From Candidatus Omnitrophota bacterium (GTDB taxonomy: Bacteria; Omnitrophota; Gorgyraeia; JABMRN01; RBG-13-46-9): a stretch of DNA of 64,000 nt. A model generated the notes under the pieces. It saw only the letters and a program-made list of their open reading frames with translations, was not told where the DNA came from and searched no databases. How positions within the stretch are numbered: the first letter of the stretch is position 1; each line of letters begins with the position of its first letter. Shown in pieces: positions 19,312 through 30,359 of the stretch. The position numbers were made by a program, and so were the translations under genes. The stretch lies in contig JABMQJ010000026.1 in assembly GCA_013203315.1 (NCBI GenBank), positions 1 through 64,000 of the forward strand, read 5' to 3'.

Positions 19312-20756
19312 AACTAAAATTTAATAAAACCATATTGTTACTCCTTGGAATTCTGTCTCTGGGATTATTGCTGAGGATTTATGGATTAAACAAAGAAAGC
19401 TTTTGGCTGGATGAGTGTATCTCCGTTAGGGTAGCCAGCCTTAAAAATGTATTCCTTGTTATTCTCATACGGTATAAAAGTTTCCACCCGCCTTTTTACT
19501 ACCTTCTTTTACGAAATTGGATTAATATCTTCGGGAGCTCAGAGTTTTCTGCAAGATTTCTCTCGGTTATATTAGGATTTTTTGCAATAATAATGACCTA
19601 CAAAGTCGGAAGTTACCTTTTCGACAAAGAAACAGGCATTTTTGCTTCTTTAATTCTGGCCCTATCCAGGTTCCATGTATACTATTCCCAGGAAGCCAGG
19701 ATGTATAGCTTAATGCCGCTTTTTGGCCTTATTTCCATGTATTTTTTCGTAAAACTCCTTAGTGAAGATAAATATGGCAAAAGTTATATTGTTACTAACA
19801 CCCTACTTATATATACACATCACAGCGGCCTGCTTATAATCCTTGTTCAAAATATATATTTTCTTACTGTGCTTTTTTTCGGGAAGAAGAAGACTTTAAA
19901 AATTAACCTTAAAAGATGGGTTTTGTCGCAAGCTGTAATTGCGATTCTATGCATACCTCTTGTGCGGTATTGGATAGTCTTTTTGTTAAACATACAGGGA
20001 AATCCATTTTGGATACCACAACCTTCGGCCACTTCGCTGATGAAGACATTTACTGATTATTCCGGGTCTTTTCCGGTTCTTTTATTATTTTTGCTACTCA
20101 TAGGATTTTCACTAATCACATATAAAAACACTAAGCCAAAAATGAATTTATCAGGCGGTAGTCGCTATTACCTGCTCCTTTTATGGCTCTCGGTGCCGAT
20201 AGTTGTGCCATTCGCGATTTCACAGGTTTCGGCTCCCCTTTATACGAGTAAGTACATTATGACGGCCTCACTAGCTTTTTACATCTTAGCAGCAAAAGGC
20301 ATAAGCATTATAAAAAACAACAAATTAAAATATGCCGTAGTTTCTATAATCGTCATTTTCTCACTGGTTAGCATTGTAAAGCAATATAAACGCATTGATA
20401 AACCACAGTGGAGGGAGGTTTCCAATTACATCACAGAAAATGCCAAACCGGACGATTTATTAATGTTTAACGACCCGGCCTCAAAGAAAGAAATTTTCAA
20501 CGACTATTATTTTAAAAGAACCGATGTGGAGGAAAAGATATTTCCGGGTAAAATAAATGCACCGTATATGTTGCCAACGTACGAAAATGTTGAAAAATTA
20601 TTCGAGTCCGTGAAAGGGCATGATAGAGTTTGGATAATATTATCCCATACCCTTGACGGAGATAAGGTTATCAAGAAAACATTTAAAGAATCCTATAATA
20701 TCGTGTACTATGGACGGTACAATTCTATCGAGTTATTTCTATTTGAAAAAAAATGA
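19308..20756 (+). CDS. GT-C fold membrane glycosyltransferase (GT39/GT83), tandem paralogue of the preceding gene
   Basis: SFWLDEC, HPPFYY, SEFSARFLS, YSQEARMYSL and QWREVS motifs; ATGA overlap with the upstream gene. Confidence 0.85.
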   Translation: MKLKFNKTILLLLGILSLGLLLRIYGLNKESFWLDECISVRVASLKNVFLVILIRYKSFHPPFYYLLLRNWINIFGSSEFSARFLSVILGFFAIIMTYKVGSYLFDKETGIFASLILALSRFHVYYSQEARMYSLMPLFGLISMYFFVKLLSEDKYGKSYIVTNTLLIYTHHSGLLIILVQNIYFLTVLFFGKKKTLKINLKRWVLSQAVIAILCIPLVRYWIVFLLNIQGNPFWIPQPSATSLMKTFTDYSGSFPVLLLFLLLIGFSLITYKNTKPKMNLSGGSRYYLLLLWLSVPIVVPFAISQVSAPLYTSKYIMTASLAFYILAAKGISIIKNNKLKYAVVSIIVIFSLVSIVKQYKRIDKPQWREVSNYITENAKPDDLLMFNDPASKKEIFNDYYFKRTDVEEKIFPGKINAPYMLPTYENVEKLFESVKGHDRVWIILSHTLDGDKVIKKTFKESYNIVYYGRYNSIELFLFEKK

Positions 20757-21487
20757 ATAATTCCATAAACCAAACCGATGTTAAGCTTTCAATCATCATT
20801 CCGGTTTTTAACGAATACGAATCATTATCCGAGCTTCAAGAGAGGCTTCATAGGGTAATGGAGAAACTTTCCTCACGGTATGAAATTATTTACGTAAATG
20901 ACGGTAGCACAGACCGCTTTCGCGAAACAATGGAGAAGCTTTACAGCGATTATCCTAATGTAACCGTTGTGTCGCTAGATAAACATAAAGGTAAGAGTGA
21001 TGCTTTGGCTGCCGGTTTTACGAAGGCCGACGGCGATTGGATAATTACCCTGGATGGAGATTTACAAAATCCCCCCGAAGAAATACCCAAACTCCTGCGC
21101 TTTAGAGAAGACTTCGACTTTATCATAGGAATAAGAAAAAATAGGAAGGATAATTTCTCGAGAAAGTTCGCATCGTTTTTGGCAAGATTTTTCCGCTTAG
21201 TGATACTCGGAGATATCACCAGGGACGCAGGGTGCGGGTTGTTCATTTTTAGAAAAGATATTTTGGGCTTTTTCCCTTATTTCAGAAATTTTTTCCTATA
21301 TTTTTCGCTCCTGGCAAGGGCGAAAGGCTTTTCCGTAAAAGAGGTGGAGATAGAACACGAAGAGCGTAAATACGGGAAGACAAAATTCAACAATATCCTC
21401 AAGAGGGCATGGTACGGCATGCTCGGCATATGGGGCGTATTAGTACTTAAAAACAGGTTCTTAAAAGACAGAATTAGAATGCCGTAA
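20753..21487 (+). CDS. GT2 polyprenyl-phosphate glycosyltransferase (Dpm1/ArnC/GtrB-like)
   Basis: LSIIIPVFNE, YVNDGSTD, TLDGDLQNPPEEIP and DAGCG motifs. Confidence 0.85.
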   Translation: MNNSINQTDVKLSIIIPVFNEYESLSELQERLHRVMEKLSSRYEIIYVNDGSTDRFRETMEKLYSDYPNVTVVSLDKHKGKSDALAAGFTKADGDWIITLDGDLQNPPEEIPKLLRFREDFDFIIGIRKNRKDNFSRKFASFLARFFRLVILGDITRDAGCGLFIFRKDILGFFPYFRNFFLYFSLLARAKGFSVKEVEIEHEERKYGKTKFNNILKRAWYGMLGIWGVLVLKNRFLKDRIRMP

Positions 21488-21514
21488 GCTGCTCAACCGT
21501 GTGATTAAGGTGCC

Positions 21515-22357
21515 ATGCTAACTTTTTTTACTTCTCTAAAATCATTCCGTGGTCAAATAGCAGTTATACAGCGTAATGCCATAAAAAGCTGGACATTACT
21601 AAGACCCAAGTGTGAAATTATACTGCTTGGCGACGAAGACGGGGTAGCCGAGGCCGCCCGTGAATTCGGAACAAAGCATATACCGGATATAGAACGCAGT
21701 AAATGCGGCATACCGCTAGTTAATTCCATTTTTAAAAAAGCACAAAACACAGCTAACAATAGCCTGATGTGCTACGTCAATCCGGACATAATTCTTCAAA
21801 ATAACTTTCTGGATGCCGTAAAACGCGTATCGTTTCATAAATTTTTGATGATAGGAAGACGCCGGGATATCGACATCAATAAGCCATGGGACTTCATGGC
21901 GCCGGATTGGGAAAGTAAGCTACGCGAATATGCTAAAAGCGCGGGAAAACCCCATCGGCCTTACGGTAGCGATTACTTTGTTTTCCCACGAGAAACCCGT
22001 TGGGAAATGCCGCCTTTTGTAATCGGACACCCAAGATACGACAATTGGATTATTTGGAAAGCGCGCTCTCTTAAGATGCCAGTAATTGACGCCAGCAAAG
22101 TTGTTAATGTCATCCACCAAAACCATTGCGGTGGATGCGCATCGGTTCAAAAAAGCAAAGCCGCGCGGGAGAACATGAGTCTCGCCGGCGGATGGGGCTA
22201 TATCTATACAATTCTAGACTCAACCCATGTCATGACCCGAGACGCCGTGCTACGAGTATTCGGTTATCGATATCGGCATTTACGTTGGGTCCTGCCAACA
22301 GCAATTCCCGGCATGCGAAGTTTTTTACGATTTCTCTTATTACGTAATAAAACATGA
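21515..22357 (+). CDS. Putative GT-A fold glycosyltransferase-like protein
   Basis: QRNAIKSW, YVNPDIIL, GSDYFVFP, YDNW and HQNH motifs; located in the GT cluster. Confidence 0.6.
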   Translation: MLTFFTSLKSFRGQIAVIQRNAIKSWTLLRPKCEIILLGDEDGVAEAAREFGTKHIPDIERSKCGIPLVNSIFKKAQNTANNSLMCYVNPDIILQNNFLDAVKRVSFHKFLMIGRRRDIDINKPWDFMAPDWESKLREYAKSAGKPHRPYGSDYFVFPRETRWEMPPFVIGHPRYDNWIIWKARSLKMPVIDASKVVNVIHQNHCGGCASVQKSKAARENMSLAGGWGYIYTILDSTHVMTRDAVLRVFGYRYRHLRWVLPTAIPGMRSFLRFLLLRNKT

Positions 22358-22374
22358 TTAAAAAGGGGTAAGAA

Positions 22375-23058
22375 GTGATTAGCGCGGTTATGTTAAGCTG
22401 GAAACGGCCCGAGAATGTTTATAAAATAGTCCCGGAGCTGAGAAAAAACGAAGCAATAGACGACATAATAGTATGGAACAATAATCCTGATGAGAAGCTC
22501 TCATTTTTAAAGTCTATCGAAAGGGTAACCGTCATAACCCCGGCTGCGGACCTCGGCATGAACGCAAGATGGTACGCTAGCTTACTCACAAAACACGACA
22601 CGATTTATATGCAGGACGACGATTTGATAGTGTCAAATAGCGCCATAAAAAACCTGCATAGCGAATGGAAGAAAGACCCCGAGGTTGTCCACGGCATATG
22701 GGGCAGGTCTTGCAAGTTCAACAGATACTGGGCCATTACAAGCGCCTATCCGGAAGCGGAAATGGTAATGACGAGATCGGTAATATTTCATAAAAAATAT
22801 GTCCGTAGTTTTTTTAAAAGAATAGCAACATTCAAAGAAGACATGCTTGAATTAATCAAAAAAGGTATGGAAGACATATGCTTCAGCTATTTTGTAATGT
22901 CAGAAACGGGAAGAAAAAATAAAACACACAGGCTCTTTAGAGAAATCGAAGAATTGCCGAACCCTCATTCGATCAAAAAAAGACCAAAACACTGGACAAA
23001 TCGGACGAGAATGATGAGATATTGCCGGAAAGAATTTGGCATTGACAGGCCTAAGTAA
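22375..23058 (+). CDS. GT-A glycosyltransferase resembling GT64 (EXTL2-like)
   Basis: IVWNN, TIYMQDDD, WKKDPEVVHG..GR, MVMT..IFHKKY, EDI and H...R motifs. Confidence 0.6.
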   Translation: MISAVMLSWKRPENVYKIVPELRKNEAIDDIIVWNNNPDEKLSFLKSIERVTVITPAADLGMNARWYASLLTKHDTIYMQDDDLIVSNSAIKNLHSEWKKDPEVVHGIWGRSCKFNRYWAITSAYPEAEMVMTRSVIFHKKYVRSFFKRIATFKEDMLELIKKGMEDICFSYFVMSETGRKNKTHRLFREIEELPNPHSIKKRPKHWTNRTRMMRYCRKEFGIDRPK

Positions 23059-23091
23059 AAAATGCCCGAATCGCTTGCAACCTAATATGTT

Positions 23092-24279
23092 ATGTTAATG
23101 GCTAAGAGAAAGTTTATCGTTCATGTGGACATGGACGCCTTTTTCGCCGCGATTGAACAACGCGATAACCCGAAGTTTCGCGGAAAGCCGGTCGTAGTCG
23201 GCGCAGACCCAAAGAAAGGCCGCGGCCGGGGCGTTGTATCAACATGCTCTTACGAAGCCAGAAAGTTTGGCGTTCACTCAGGCCTTCCCATATCCATGAC
23301 TTATAGAAAGTGCCCGCACGCTATCTTCCTGCCGGTGAACATGGAAAAATATGCAAAAATTTCACGTCAAATCTATAAAATCTTTTATGATTTTACCCCG
23401 GAAGTCGAACCCATAAGTATTGACGAAGCCTTCATGGATATAACCGGAAGTTTTCACCTTTTTGGTACACCGCGCAAAACATGCCTTTTAATAAAATCCC
23501 GCGTAAAAAGAGATACGGGACTAACTGCCTCCGTAGGCCTTGCGCCGGTTAAAATGGTAGCAAAAATCGCCTCTGATCTGAAAAAACCCGATGGGCTTGT
23601 CGAAGTAAGCCCCGAGGGGTTGCTTGGTTTCCTGTGGCCGCTTGATATAAGAAAACTCTGGGGCCTTGGGGGAAAAACAGAAATTATTTTGCGCAAAATG
23701 AACATTAATACTATCGGTGAGCTCGCAAAAAAAGACGTAAAAGAATTAATAGACATGTTAGGCAAAAACGGCGCACACTTTTGGAATTTGGCTAACGGCA
23801 TAGACGAAAGAGGCGTTGAATCCGCCGAAGAGGCAAAATCAATAGGCAACGAGATCACGTTTGACAAGGATACCCTTAGCAGGGAAAAAATAGAAAACAC
23901 CTTAATGCTTCTTTGTGAAAAAGTGTCGGATCGGCTCAGATACGACGGCGTTAAAGGCAAAACAATTACTTTAAAAATACGCCTGGAGGGATTTAAAACT
24001 TACACCAGAGCCGTTACGATGGGCGTCCCAAACAATTTTACGGATGTGCTTTACAAAGAGATTAAAAACCTTTATAATAGGTTTGATTCAAAGGGTAAAA
24101 AAGTGCGCCTCGTTGGCGTTAAGGTTTCCAAGCTTTCTCCGGCAGATTTTCGCGACACGCTTTTTAATGAAGCCGGAGATAGAAAAAAAGAAAACGTCCA
24201 CAGCGCCGTTGATAAGATAAAAGAAAAATTCGGGACTGGCTCTATTCATAGGGCTAGTAACCCAACAATTGGGAAGTGA
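23092..24279 (+). CDS. dinB: DNA polymerase IV (Y family)
   Basis: HVDMDAFFAAIE, CSYEARKFGV, SIDEAFMD and KIASDLKKPDG motifs. Confidence 0.95.
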   Translation: MLMAKRKFIVHVDMDAFFAAIEQRDNPKFRGKPVVVGADPKKGRGRGVVSTCSYEARKFGVHSGLPISMTYRKCPHAIFLPVNMEKYAKISRQIYKIFYDFTPEVEPISIDEAFMDITGSFHLFGTPRKTCLLIKSRVKRDTGLTASVGLAPVKMVAKIASDLKKPDGLVEVSPEGLLGFLWPLDIRKLWGLGGKTEIILRKMNINTIGELAKKDVKELIDMLGKNGAHFWNLANGIDERGVESAEEAKSIGNEITFDKDTLSREKIENTLMLLCEKVSDRLRYDGVKGKTITLKIRLEGFKTYTRAVTMGVPNNFTDVLYKEIKNLYNRFDSKGKKVRLVGVKVSKLSPADFRDTLFNEAGDRKKENVHSAVDKIKEKFGTGSIHRASNPTIGK

Positions 24280-24287
24280 GGCTGAGC

Positions 24288-25295
24288 ATGGCGGATTTTG
24301 AAAAACCGGAAGATCTATTCGGAAACCCCGAAGATTTTCTTAAAGACGCGGGGAAAAAATTACAAAAGTTTAAAGGTATAATACCCCTTGCCGTGGCGGG
24401 TGTGGTGATAATTGCGGCGCTTTTTTCAAGCTTCTATTCGGTAGGGCCCGATGAAGTCGGCGTGATAAGACGGTTCGGAAAATACGTAAGATCGACTAAC
24501 CCGGGGCTTCATCTTAAGGTGCCGTTTGTAGAGAAGGTAAACAAGGTTAAGGTTAAGTACATATTCAAAGAAGAGTTCGGTTTCCGCACCACGCGCCCCG
24601 GTATCGTAAGCCAGTACTCGGCGAGAGAATATTTCGACGAATCACTGATGCTTACAGGGGACCTAAACGTTTTAGTGGTTGAGTGGATAGTCCAGTTTAA
24701 AGTAAAGAATCCGGTAAAACTTCTCTTTAACATAAGAAACCCGCGAAGAACCATACGCAATATTTCAGAGGCTGTCATGCGCCAGGTGGTGGGTGACAAC
24801 ACGGTAAACGAGGTTCTCACAAGAAGAAGAGTAGAGATAAACCGCGAAGTGCAGGACAAGCTGCAGGAAATCCTCGACTCTTATGATTCCGGTGTACAGA
24901 TCGTAACGGTAAAGTTGCAGGACGTGAACCCGCCTGATGAGGTAAAGCCCTCGTTTAACGAAGTAAACGAAGCAAAGCAGGAAAAAGAGAAGGTTATAAA
25001 CCAGTCATGGGAAAAGTACAACAAGATTATACCAAAAGCCCGTGGCGAAGCGGAAAAAACAATAAGGGAGTCGGAAGGATACGCGCTTAACAGAATCAAT
25101 ATGGCAAAAGGTGACGCCGCGAAATTCATCGCGACGTGGGAAGCTTATAAAAACGCCAAGGATGTTACGAGAAAAAGGCTTTACCTGGAAGCGTTAAACG
25201 AAATCCTGCCAAAAGCAGGAAAGAAATTTATCGTAGACTCTAAAGAAAAAAGCATTTTACCGCTCCTTCACTTAGGCGAAAAGGGAGGCAACTAA
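24288..25295 (+). CDS. hflK: FtsH protease modulator HflK
   Basis: Single TM followed by an SPFH domain, MLTGDLN, VNPPDEVKPSFNEV, RLYLE. ATG 24288 has a GAGG SD; the track's GTG 24276 is an alternative start. Confidence 0.93.
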   Translation: MADFEKPEDLFGNPEDFLKDAGKKLQKFKGIIPLAVAGVVIIAALFSSFYSVGPDEVGVIRRFGKYVRSTNPGLHLKVPFVEKVNKVKVKYIFKEEFGFRTTRPGIVSQYSAREYFDESLMLTGDLNVLVVEWIVQFKVKNPVKLLFNIRNPRRTIRNISEAVMRQVVGDNTVNEVLTRRRVEINREVQDKLQEILDSYDSGVQIVTVKLQDVNPPDEVKPSFNEVNEAKQEKEKVINQSWEKYNKIIPKARGEAEKTIRESEGYALNRINMAKGDAAKFIATWEAYKNAKDVTRKRLYLEALNEILPKAGKKFIVDSKEKSILPLLHLGEKGGN

Positions 25296-26257
25296 TGAAG
25301 ACACTATTATCTTTTATAACGATTGCGGCGATACTCGTCGCCATACTAATGGTAAGCGGCGCTGTGTATACGATTGATGAAACGCAACAGGTTGTGATAA
25401 CCCAGTTCGGCGAGCCGATAGGTGCGCCCATTACGGATGCCGGACTTCATTTCAAAATGCCCTTCATCCAACAGGCGAACTACTTTGAGAAAAGGATACT
25501 GGAATGGGACGGCAATCCGAACCAGGTCCCTACGAAAGATAAAAAATATATCTGGGTCGATACGACTGCCAGGTGGAAGATAGTCGATGCCTTAAAGTTT
25601 CTGCAGTCAGTGACGAATGAAACAGGCGCGCAGGCAAGGCTCGATGACGTCATTGATTCGGCAACAAGGGATTTTGTGACAAGCCACAACCTTGTCGAGG
25701 TCGTAAGGAATACAAATAGGATTATAGAGGAGCGCGCGGCTGAACAACTGGACGAACCATCAGACCAGCTTGCCGGTGAACTCGAGAAGATAGCTTTCGG
25801 CAGGGACGCCCTTACCCGCGGCATACTCCAGGAAGCTGCTAAAATCGTGCCGCAATACGGAATAGAAATCGTTGACGTTAGGATAAAAAGAATAAACTAT
25901 GTCTCCGAGGTCCAGCAAAAAGTGTTTGACAGGATGATATCCGAAAGAAAGCGCGCAGCTGAGCAGTACCGTTCTGAGGGCCAGGGGAAAAAGGCTGAAA
26001 TCGAAGGCCAGACGGGAAAAGAGCTGAAGCAGATACAATCCGAGGCCTATAAGGTAGCCGAAGAAAACAAGGGAAAAGCCGATGCCGAAGCCACTGACAT
26101 CTATGCGGATGCGTATAACAAGGACCCCAACTTTTACTCATTCTTAAAGACGCTTGATACATATAAGAACACCATTGATGAAGGCACCACAGTTATTCTT
26201 ACTACGGACAGCGAATACCTATCGTATCTGAAGGGTACAAAGGAAGTTTCACAGTAG
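25295..26257 (+). CDS. hflC: FtsH protease modulator HflC
   Basis: GLHFKMPF, DVRIKRI, RMISER and DPNFYSF motifs; coupled to hflK. Confidence 0.93.
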   Translation: MKTLLSFITIAAILVAILMVSGAVYTIDETQQVVITQFGEPIGAPITDAGLHFKMPFIQQANYFEKRILEWDGNPNQVPTKDKKYIWVDTTARWKIVDALKFLQSVTNETGAQARLDDVIDSATRDFVTSHNLVEVVRNTNRIIEERAAEQLDEPSDQLAGELEKIAFGRDALTRGILQEAAKIVPQYGIEIVDVRIKRINYVSEVQQKVFDRMISERKRAAEQYRSEGQGKKAEIEGQTGKELKQIQSEAYKVAEENKGKADAEATDIYADAYNKDPNFYSFLKTLDTYKNTIDEGTTVILTTDSEYLSYLKGTKEVSQ

Positions 26258-26352
26258 CTTTTTATTTTTTCTCGAAAAGGCGCATAAGACTGCATAAGCG
26301 GTAAATCGCACGTCCGGATTTTAAAGCATATACCCGCCAACCCCTCTTTTTC

Positions 26353-26382
26353 TTGACAACCTTTTGCCACATAATGTATACT
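26353..26382 (+). promoter_or_regulatory. Putative sigma70 promoter of the ilv-leu-aro operon
   Basis: TTGACA (26353-58), 18-nt spacer, TATACT (26377-82); AAGGAG SD at 26426. Confidence 0.7.
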
Positions 26383-26436
26383 ATATAGCTCATATAGCAA
26401 GATATTAGTATCTAACATATTATATAAGGAGAACTT

Positions 26437-28089
26437 ATGAAAAGTGATAGAGCAAAAAAAGGTTTAGAAAGGATGCCAAATAGGTCCCTTTTGTACGCGA
26501 CAGGCATGTCGCCTTCACAAATGGGTAAGCCCTTTATCGGCGTCGCGTCAAGTTTTACGGATTTGATCCCGGGGCACGTCGGCATGAGGCGACTGGAGCG
26601 TTTTATTGAACGGGGTGTTTCAGCGGGCGGCGGGGTTCCGTTTATTTTCGGAATACCCGGTATCTGTGACGGTATTGCCATGGGGCATAGCGGCATGAAA
26701 TATTCGCTTGCCTCGCGGGAATTGATCGCGGACATGATCGAAACAGTTTGCAGGGCGCACCAGCTGGACGGGCTCCTGTGTCTTACAAACTGCGACAAGA
26801 TTACACCCGGCATGCTTATGGCCGCGGCGCGGCTTAATATTCCGACTATCGTTGTTACTGCGGGGCCCATGATTTCCGGAAATTACAATTTCCAGAAGCG
26901 CAGCCTTGTCAGGGATACATTCGAGGCCATAGGAAGATTTAAAAACGGAAAGATCAATAAAGAGGAATTGGAGGCTTTGGAAGTTTGCGCCTGCCCCGCG
27001 CAGGGTTCCTGCCAGGGTTTATATACCGCAAACTCTATGGCCTGTCTTACAGAGGTGTTAGGCATGAGCCTTCCCGGGTGTGGGACGGCAATGGCGGGGT
27101 CTGCCAAAAAAGAAAGAATCGCTTATGAGTCGGGCGTTAAAATTGTTAATCTTGTCAGAAGAAATATTCTGCCGAAAACGATTCTGATTCCGAAAGCGTT
27201 TGAAAACGCTATCAAGGTGGACATGGCAATCGGCGGGTCCACAAACACGGTTTTGCACCTTATGGCTATTGCCCATGAAGCAGGGGAGGATCTGAAACTC
27301 GAACTTTTCGATAAGATCAGCAGGACCACCCCGCACATTACGAGTCTTCGTCCCGGCGGCGAGTACTTCATGGAAGACTTAGAGTATGCCGGAGGTATTC
27401 CTGCTGTCATGAAACGCTTAAGACAGGTGTTGAATAGCGTTCAGACTGTCAGCGACAAGTCTATAAATCAAATTGCCGCTGATGCCAAAATTACCAACGA
27501 AGATGTAATAAGGAGCACCAAGAATCCTTATCACAAAGAGGGCGGTATCTTTATCCTGAAGGGGAACATTGCCCCGGACGGCGCTGTGGTAAAGCAATCT
27601 GCGATAAGCAAAAGAAACGTTCGTTTCAAGGGAAAGGCCAAGGTCTTCAACTCCGAAGAACAGGCGATGGCCGCGATCATGGGTAAACGTATTAAAAAAG
27701 GCGACTGCGTTGTTATCAGATACGAAGGCCCCAGGGGCGGCCCGGGTATGAGGGAGATGCTTAGCCCGACAGCAGCTATCGCGGGGATGGGCCTCGGCGA
27801 GGATGTAGCGCTTATTACTGACGGAAGATTTTCCGGGGGAACGCGTGGCATAAGCGTCGGGCATATTGCGCCGGAAGCGGCTTTTGGCGGGCCTCTGGCT
27901 ATCGTGAAAGACGGCGATGAGATCGTGATTGACATTAACAAGAGAAGCATCGATTTGAAGTTGAGCAATGGCGTTATAAGAGAAAGATTTGCTTCGTGGA
28001 AAGAACCCGAACCTAATGTTAAGTCCGGGTATCTGGCGCGGTATGCAAAAATGGTGAGCTCTGCGAGTAAAGGCGCAGTGCTTCAGTAG
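26437..28089 (+). CDS. ilvD: Dihydroxy-acid dehydratase
   Basis: [31 protein letters not shown] and TDGRFSGG motifs. Confidence 0.97.
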   Translation: MKSDRAKKGLERMPNRSLLYATGMSPSQMGKPFIGVASSFTDLIPGHVGMRRLERFIERGVSAGGGVPFIFGIPGICDGIAMGHSGMKYSLASRELIADMIETVCRAHQLDGLLCLTNCDKITPGMLMAAARLNIPTIVVTAGPMISGNYNFQKRSLVRDTFEAIGRFKNGKINKEELEALEVCACPAQGSCQGLYTANSMACLTEVLGMSLPGCGTAMAGSAKKERIAYESGVKIVNLVRRNILPKTILIPKAFENAIKVDMAIGGSTNTVLHLMAIAHEAGEDLKLELFDKISRTTPHITSLRPGGEYFMEDLEYAGGIPAVMKRLRQVLNSVQTVSDKSINQIAADAKITNEDVIRSTKNPYHKEGGIFILKGNIAPDGAVVKQSAISKRNVRFKGKAKVFNSEEQAMAAIMGKRIKKGDCVVIRYEGPRGGPGMREMLSPTAAIAGMGLGEDVALITDGRFSGGTRGISVGHIAPEAAFGGPLAIVKDGDEIVIDINKRSIDLKLSNGVIRERFASWKEPEPNVKSGYLARYAKMVSSASKGAVLQ

Positions 28090-28100
28090 CGGAGTTTAAT

Positions 28101-29783
28101 ATGAAAAAAAATGGTGCACAAATAGCATTAGAATCACTAAGGCGTGAAGGTGTAAAAGTCATATTCGGCTATCCGGGTGGTTCGGTTTTGCCGTTTTTCG
28201 ACGCGATGTATGAAATGAAAGAGCCGCGTTTCATACTGACCAGGCACGAGCAGGGCGCAGCTCACGCTGCGGACGGTTATGCCCGGGCAACCGGAAAGGT
28301 GGGCGTTTGCGTTGCTACATCAGGGCCGGGCGCAACTAACCTTGTTACGGGAATCGCAACCGCGCACATGGACTCTGTTCCAATGGTGGCTATTACAGGC
28401 CAGGTTAAAACATTTCTTATCGGTAACGACGCTTTTCAGGAAGCCGATGTTACCGGCATTACGCGGCCGATCACAAAACACAACTTTCTCGTTAAGGATG
28501 TTAAAGAACTTGCCCAGACAATAAAGGAGGCATTTCACATAGCAAGAACAGGGCGTCCGGGGCCTGTCGTTATCGATTTGCCCGTGGATGTTCAAATGGC
28601 ATCATGTGATTTCCATTATCCGAAGGAAGCGAATATACGAAGCTACAAGCCTACTCTCGAAAGCCATAAAGGGCAGATAAAAAGGATCGCAAAGGCAATA
28701 GAAAAAAGCGAGAAACCTGTTTTGTATGTCGGCGGGGGCGTTATAATTTCCGGCGCAAGCCACGAATTGACTGAGCTTGCTAAAAAATACCACATCCCCG
28801 TTACCACAACACTTTTGGGCATGGGCGCTTTTCCGGATACTGATGAATTAAGCCTCGGTATGCTCGGAATGCATGGCACTGTTTATGCAAACCACGCTAT
28901 ACAGGAATCGGATTTAATAATTGCCGTGGGCGCCAGATTTGACGACAGGGTTACCGGAAAACTTGATGAATTTGCGCCTCACGCGAAAATAGCCCATATC
29001 GACATTGATCCTTCAAGCGTTAGTAAAAATGTTACAGTAGATATTCCCTGTATAGGAGACGCCAAACACGCTTTACATGGATTAATCAGGGCGCTTAAGA
29101 AAAAACCCGATACCGAGAAGTGGTTGAAAAAAATAAACGAATGGAAGAAAAAAGCGCCTATGAAATATAAGGATGACAATAAGCTAAGGCCGCAGTATGT
29201 CCTGGAAGAAATTTATAGAGCGACCAAAGGCGACGCTATCATTACGACAGAAGTCGGCCAGAACCAAATGTGGGCGGCGCAGTACTATAAGTACACAAAG
29301 CCCAGAACTTTTCTTTCAAGCGGCGGCCTGGGCACGATGGGATACGGTTTTCCCGCTGCTATCGGCGCGAAAGTAGGAAAGCCGGAAAAAACCGTTTTCG
29401 ACATTGCCGGAGACGGCTCGATTCAGATGAATATCCAGGAACTTGCCACGGCTGTTTTGGAGAAAGTTCACGTAAAAATCGCTGTTTTAAATAATTGCTA
29501 TCTTGGCATGGTCAGGCAATGGCAGGAGCTATTTTACAAGAAAAGATATTCGTATACTTATCTCTCCACGTGCAGCTGCCCGGATTTGGTCAAACTCGCG
29601 GAGAGTTACGGGGCCGTAGGGATACGCGTTACCAAAAAGAAGGATGTGAGAAAAGCAATCGAAAAGGCCATCAAGATAGAAAATACCGTTATTATCGACT
29701 TTACTGTTGAAGAAGAAGAAAACGTTATGCCGATGGTTCCTGCGGGCCAGGCGATTAACAGAATGATCGGAGGAATGGCTTGA
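28101..29783 (+). CDS. ilvB: Acetolactate synthase large subunit
   Basis: [23 protein letters not shown] and [12 protein letters not shown] motifs. Confidence 0.96.
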   Translation: MKKNGAQIALESLRREGVKVIFGYPGGSVLPFFDAMYEMKEPRFILTRHEQGAAHAADGYARATGKVGVCVATSGPGATNLVTGIATAHMDSVPMVAITGQVKTFLIGNDAFQEADVTGITRPITKHNFLVKDVKELAQTIKEAFHIARTGRPGPVVIDLPVDVQMASCDFHYPKEANIRSYKPTLESHKGQIKRIAKAIEKSEKPVLYVGGGVIISGASHELTELAKKYHIPVTTTLLGMGAFPDTDELSLGMLGMHGTVYANHAIQESDLIIAVGARFDDRVTGKLDEFAPHAKIAHIDIDPSSVSKNVTVDIPCIGDAKHALHGLIRALKKKPDTEKWLKKINEWKKKAPMKYKDDNKLRPQYVLEEIYRATKGDAIITTEVGQNQMWAAQYYKYTKPRTFLSSGGLGTMGYGFPAAIGAKVGKPEKTVFDIAGDGSIQMNIQELATAVLEKVHVKIAVLNNCYLGMVRQWQELFYKKRYSYTYLSTCSCPDLVKLAESYGAVGIRVTKKKDVRKAIEKAIKIENTVIIDFTVEEEENVMPMVPAGQAINRMIGGMA

Positions 29784-30271
29784 GTATGGAAAAATTTACG
29801 CTTTCTGTTTTGGTTGAAAATAAATTCGGTGTCTTAGCCAGAGTTGCCGGGCTTTTCAGCGCAAGGGGATTTAATATAAATTCGCTTGCTGTTGCCGAAA
29901 CCGAAGACCCAAGTGTTTCAAGAATAATCATGGTTGTGGATGCCAATGAGAAAATACTGGAACAGATAAAAAAGCAACTAAATAAGCTGATAGACGTAGT
30001 TAAGGTCATAGACCTTACCGAGAAAGATTATATAGACAGAGAACTTGTGCTGGTTAAGGTAAAAGTTGACACAAAAACCAGGGATAAAGTAATCCAGGCC
30101 GTAGACAGCCTGGATGCCAAAGTCGTTGACATGGGCAAGGGTTCTATAACGATTGAAGAGGTAGGCGATACCAAAAAAATAAATGCGACATTGGAACTTT
30201 TGGGTCCATTTGGCATATCAGAAATTGTTCGCACGGGAAGAATAGCAATACAGGCTGATAGTAAAGAGTAA
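29780..30271 (+). CDS. ilvN: Acetolactate synthase small regulatory subunit
   Basis: ACT domain [22 protein letters not shown] and [12 protein letters not shown] 29786 is an alternative start. Confidence 0.95.
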   Translation: MSMEKFTLSVLVENKFGVLARVAGLFSARGFNINSLAVAETEDPSVSRIIMVVDANEKILEQIKKQLNKLIDVVKVIDLTEKDYIDRELVLVKVKVDTKTRDKVIQAVDSLDAKVVDMGKGSITIEEVGDTKKINATLELLGPFGISEIVRTGRIAIQADSKE

Positions 30272-30359
30272 GGAAAAACAGAAAAATTGGCCCCTCAAAT
30301 GCTTCCATAGGGCGCATTCTCGGGACGATTTTTCTGGCGAAAAATCGGAGGTTAAAAAA

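Noticed and set aside
26258-26436. Leader-peptide attenuator or T-box upstream of ilvD
   Set aside because: No Ile/Leu/Val-rich mini-ORF, T-box motif or terminator hairpin is visible between the promoter and the start codon.
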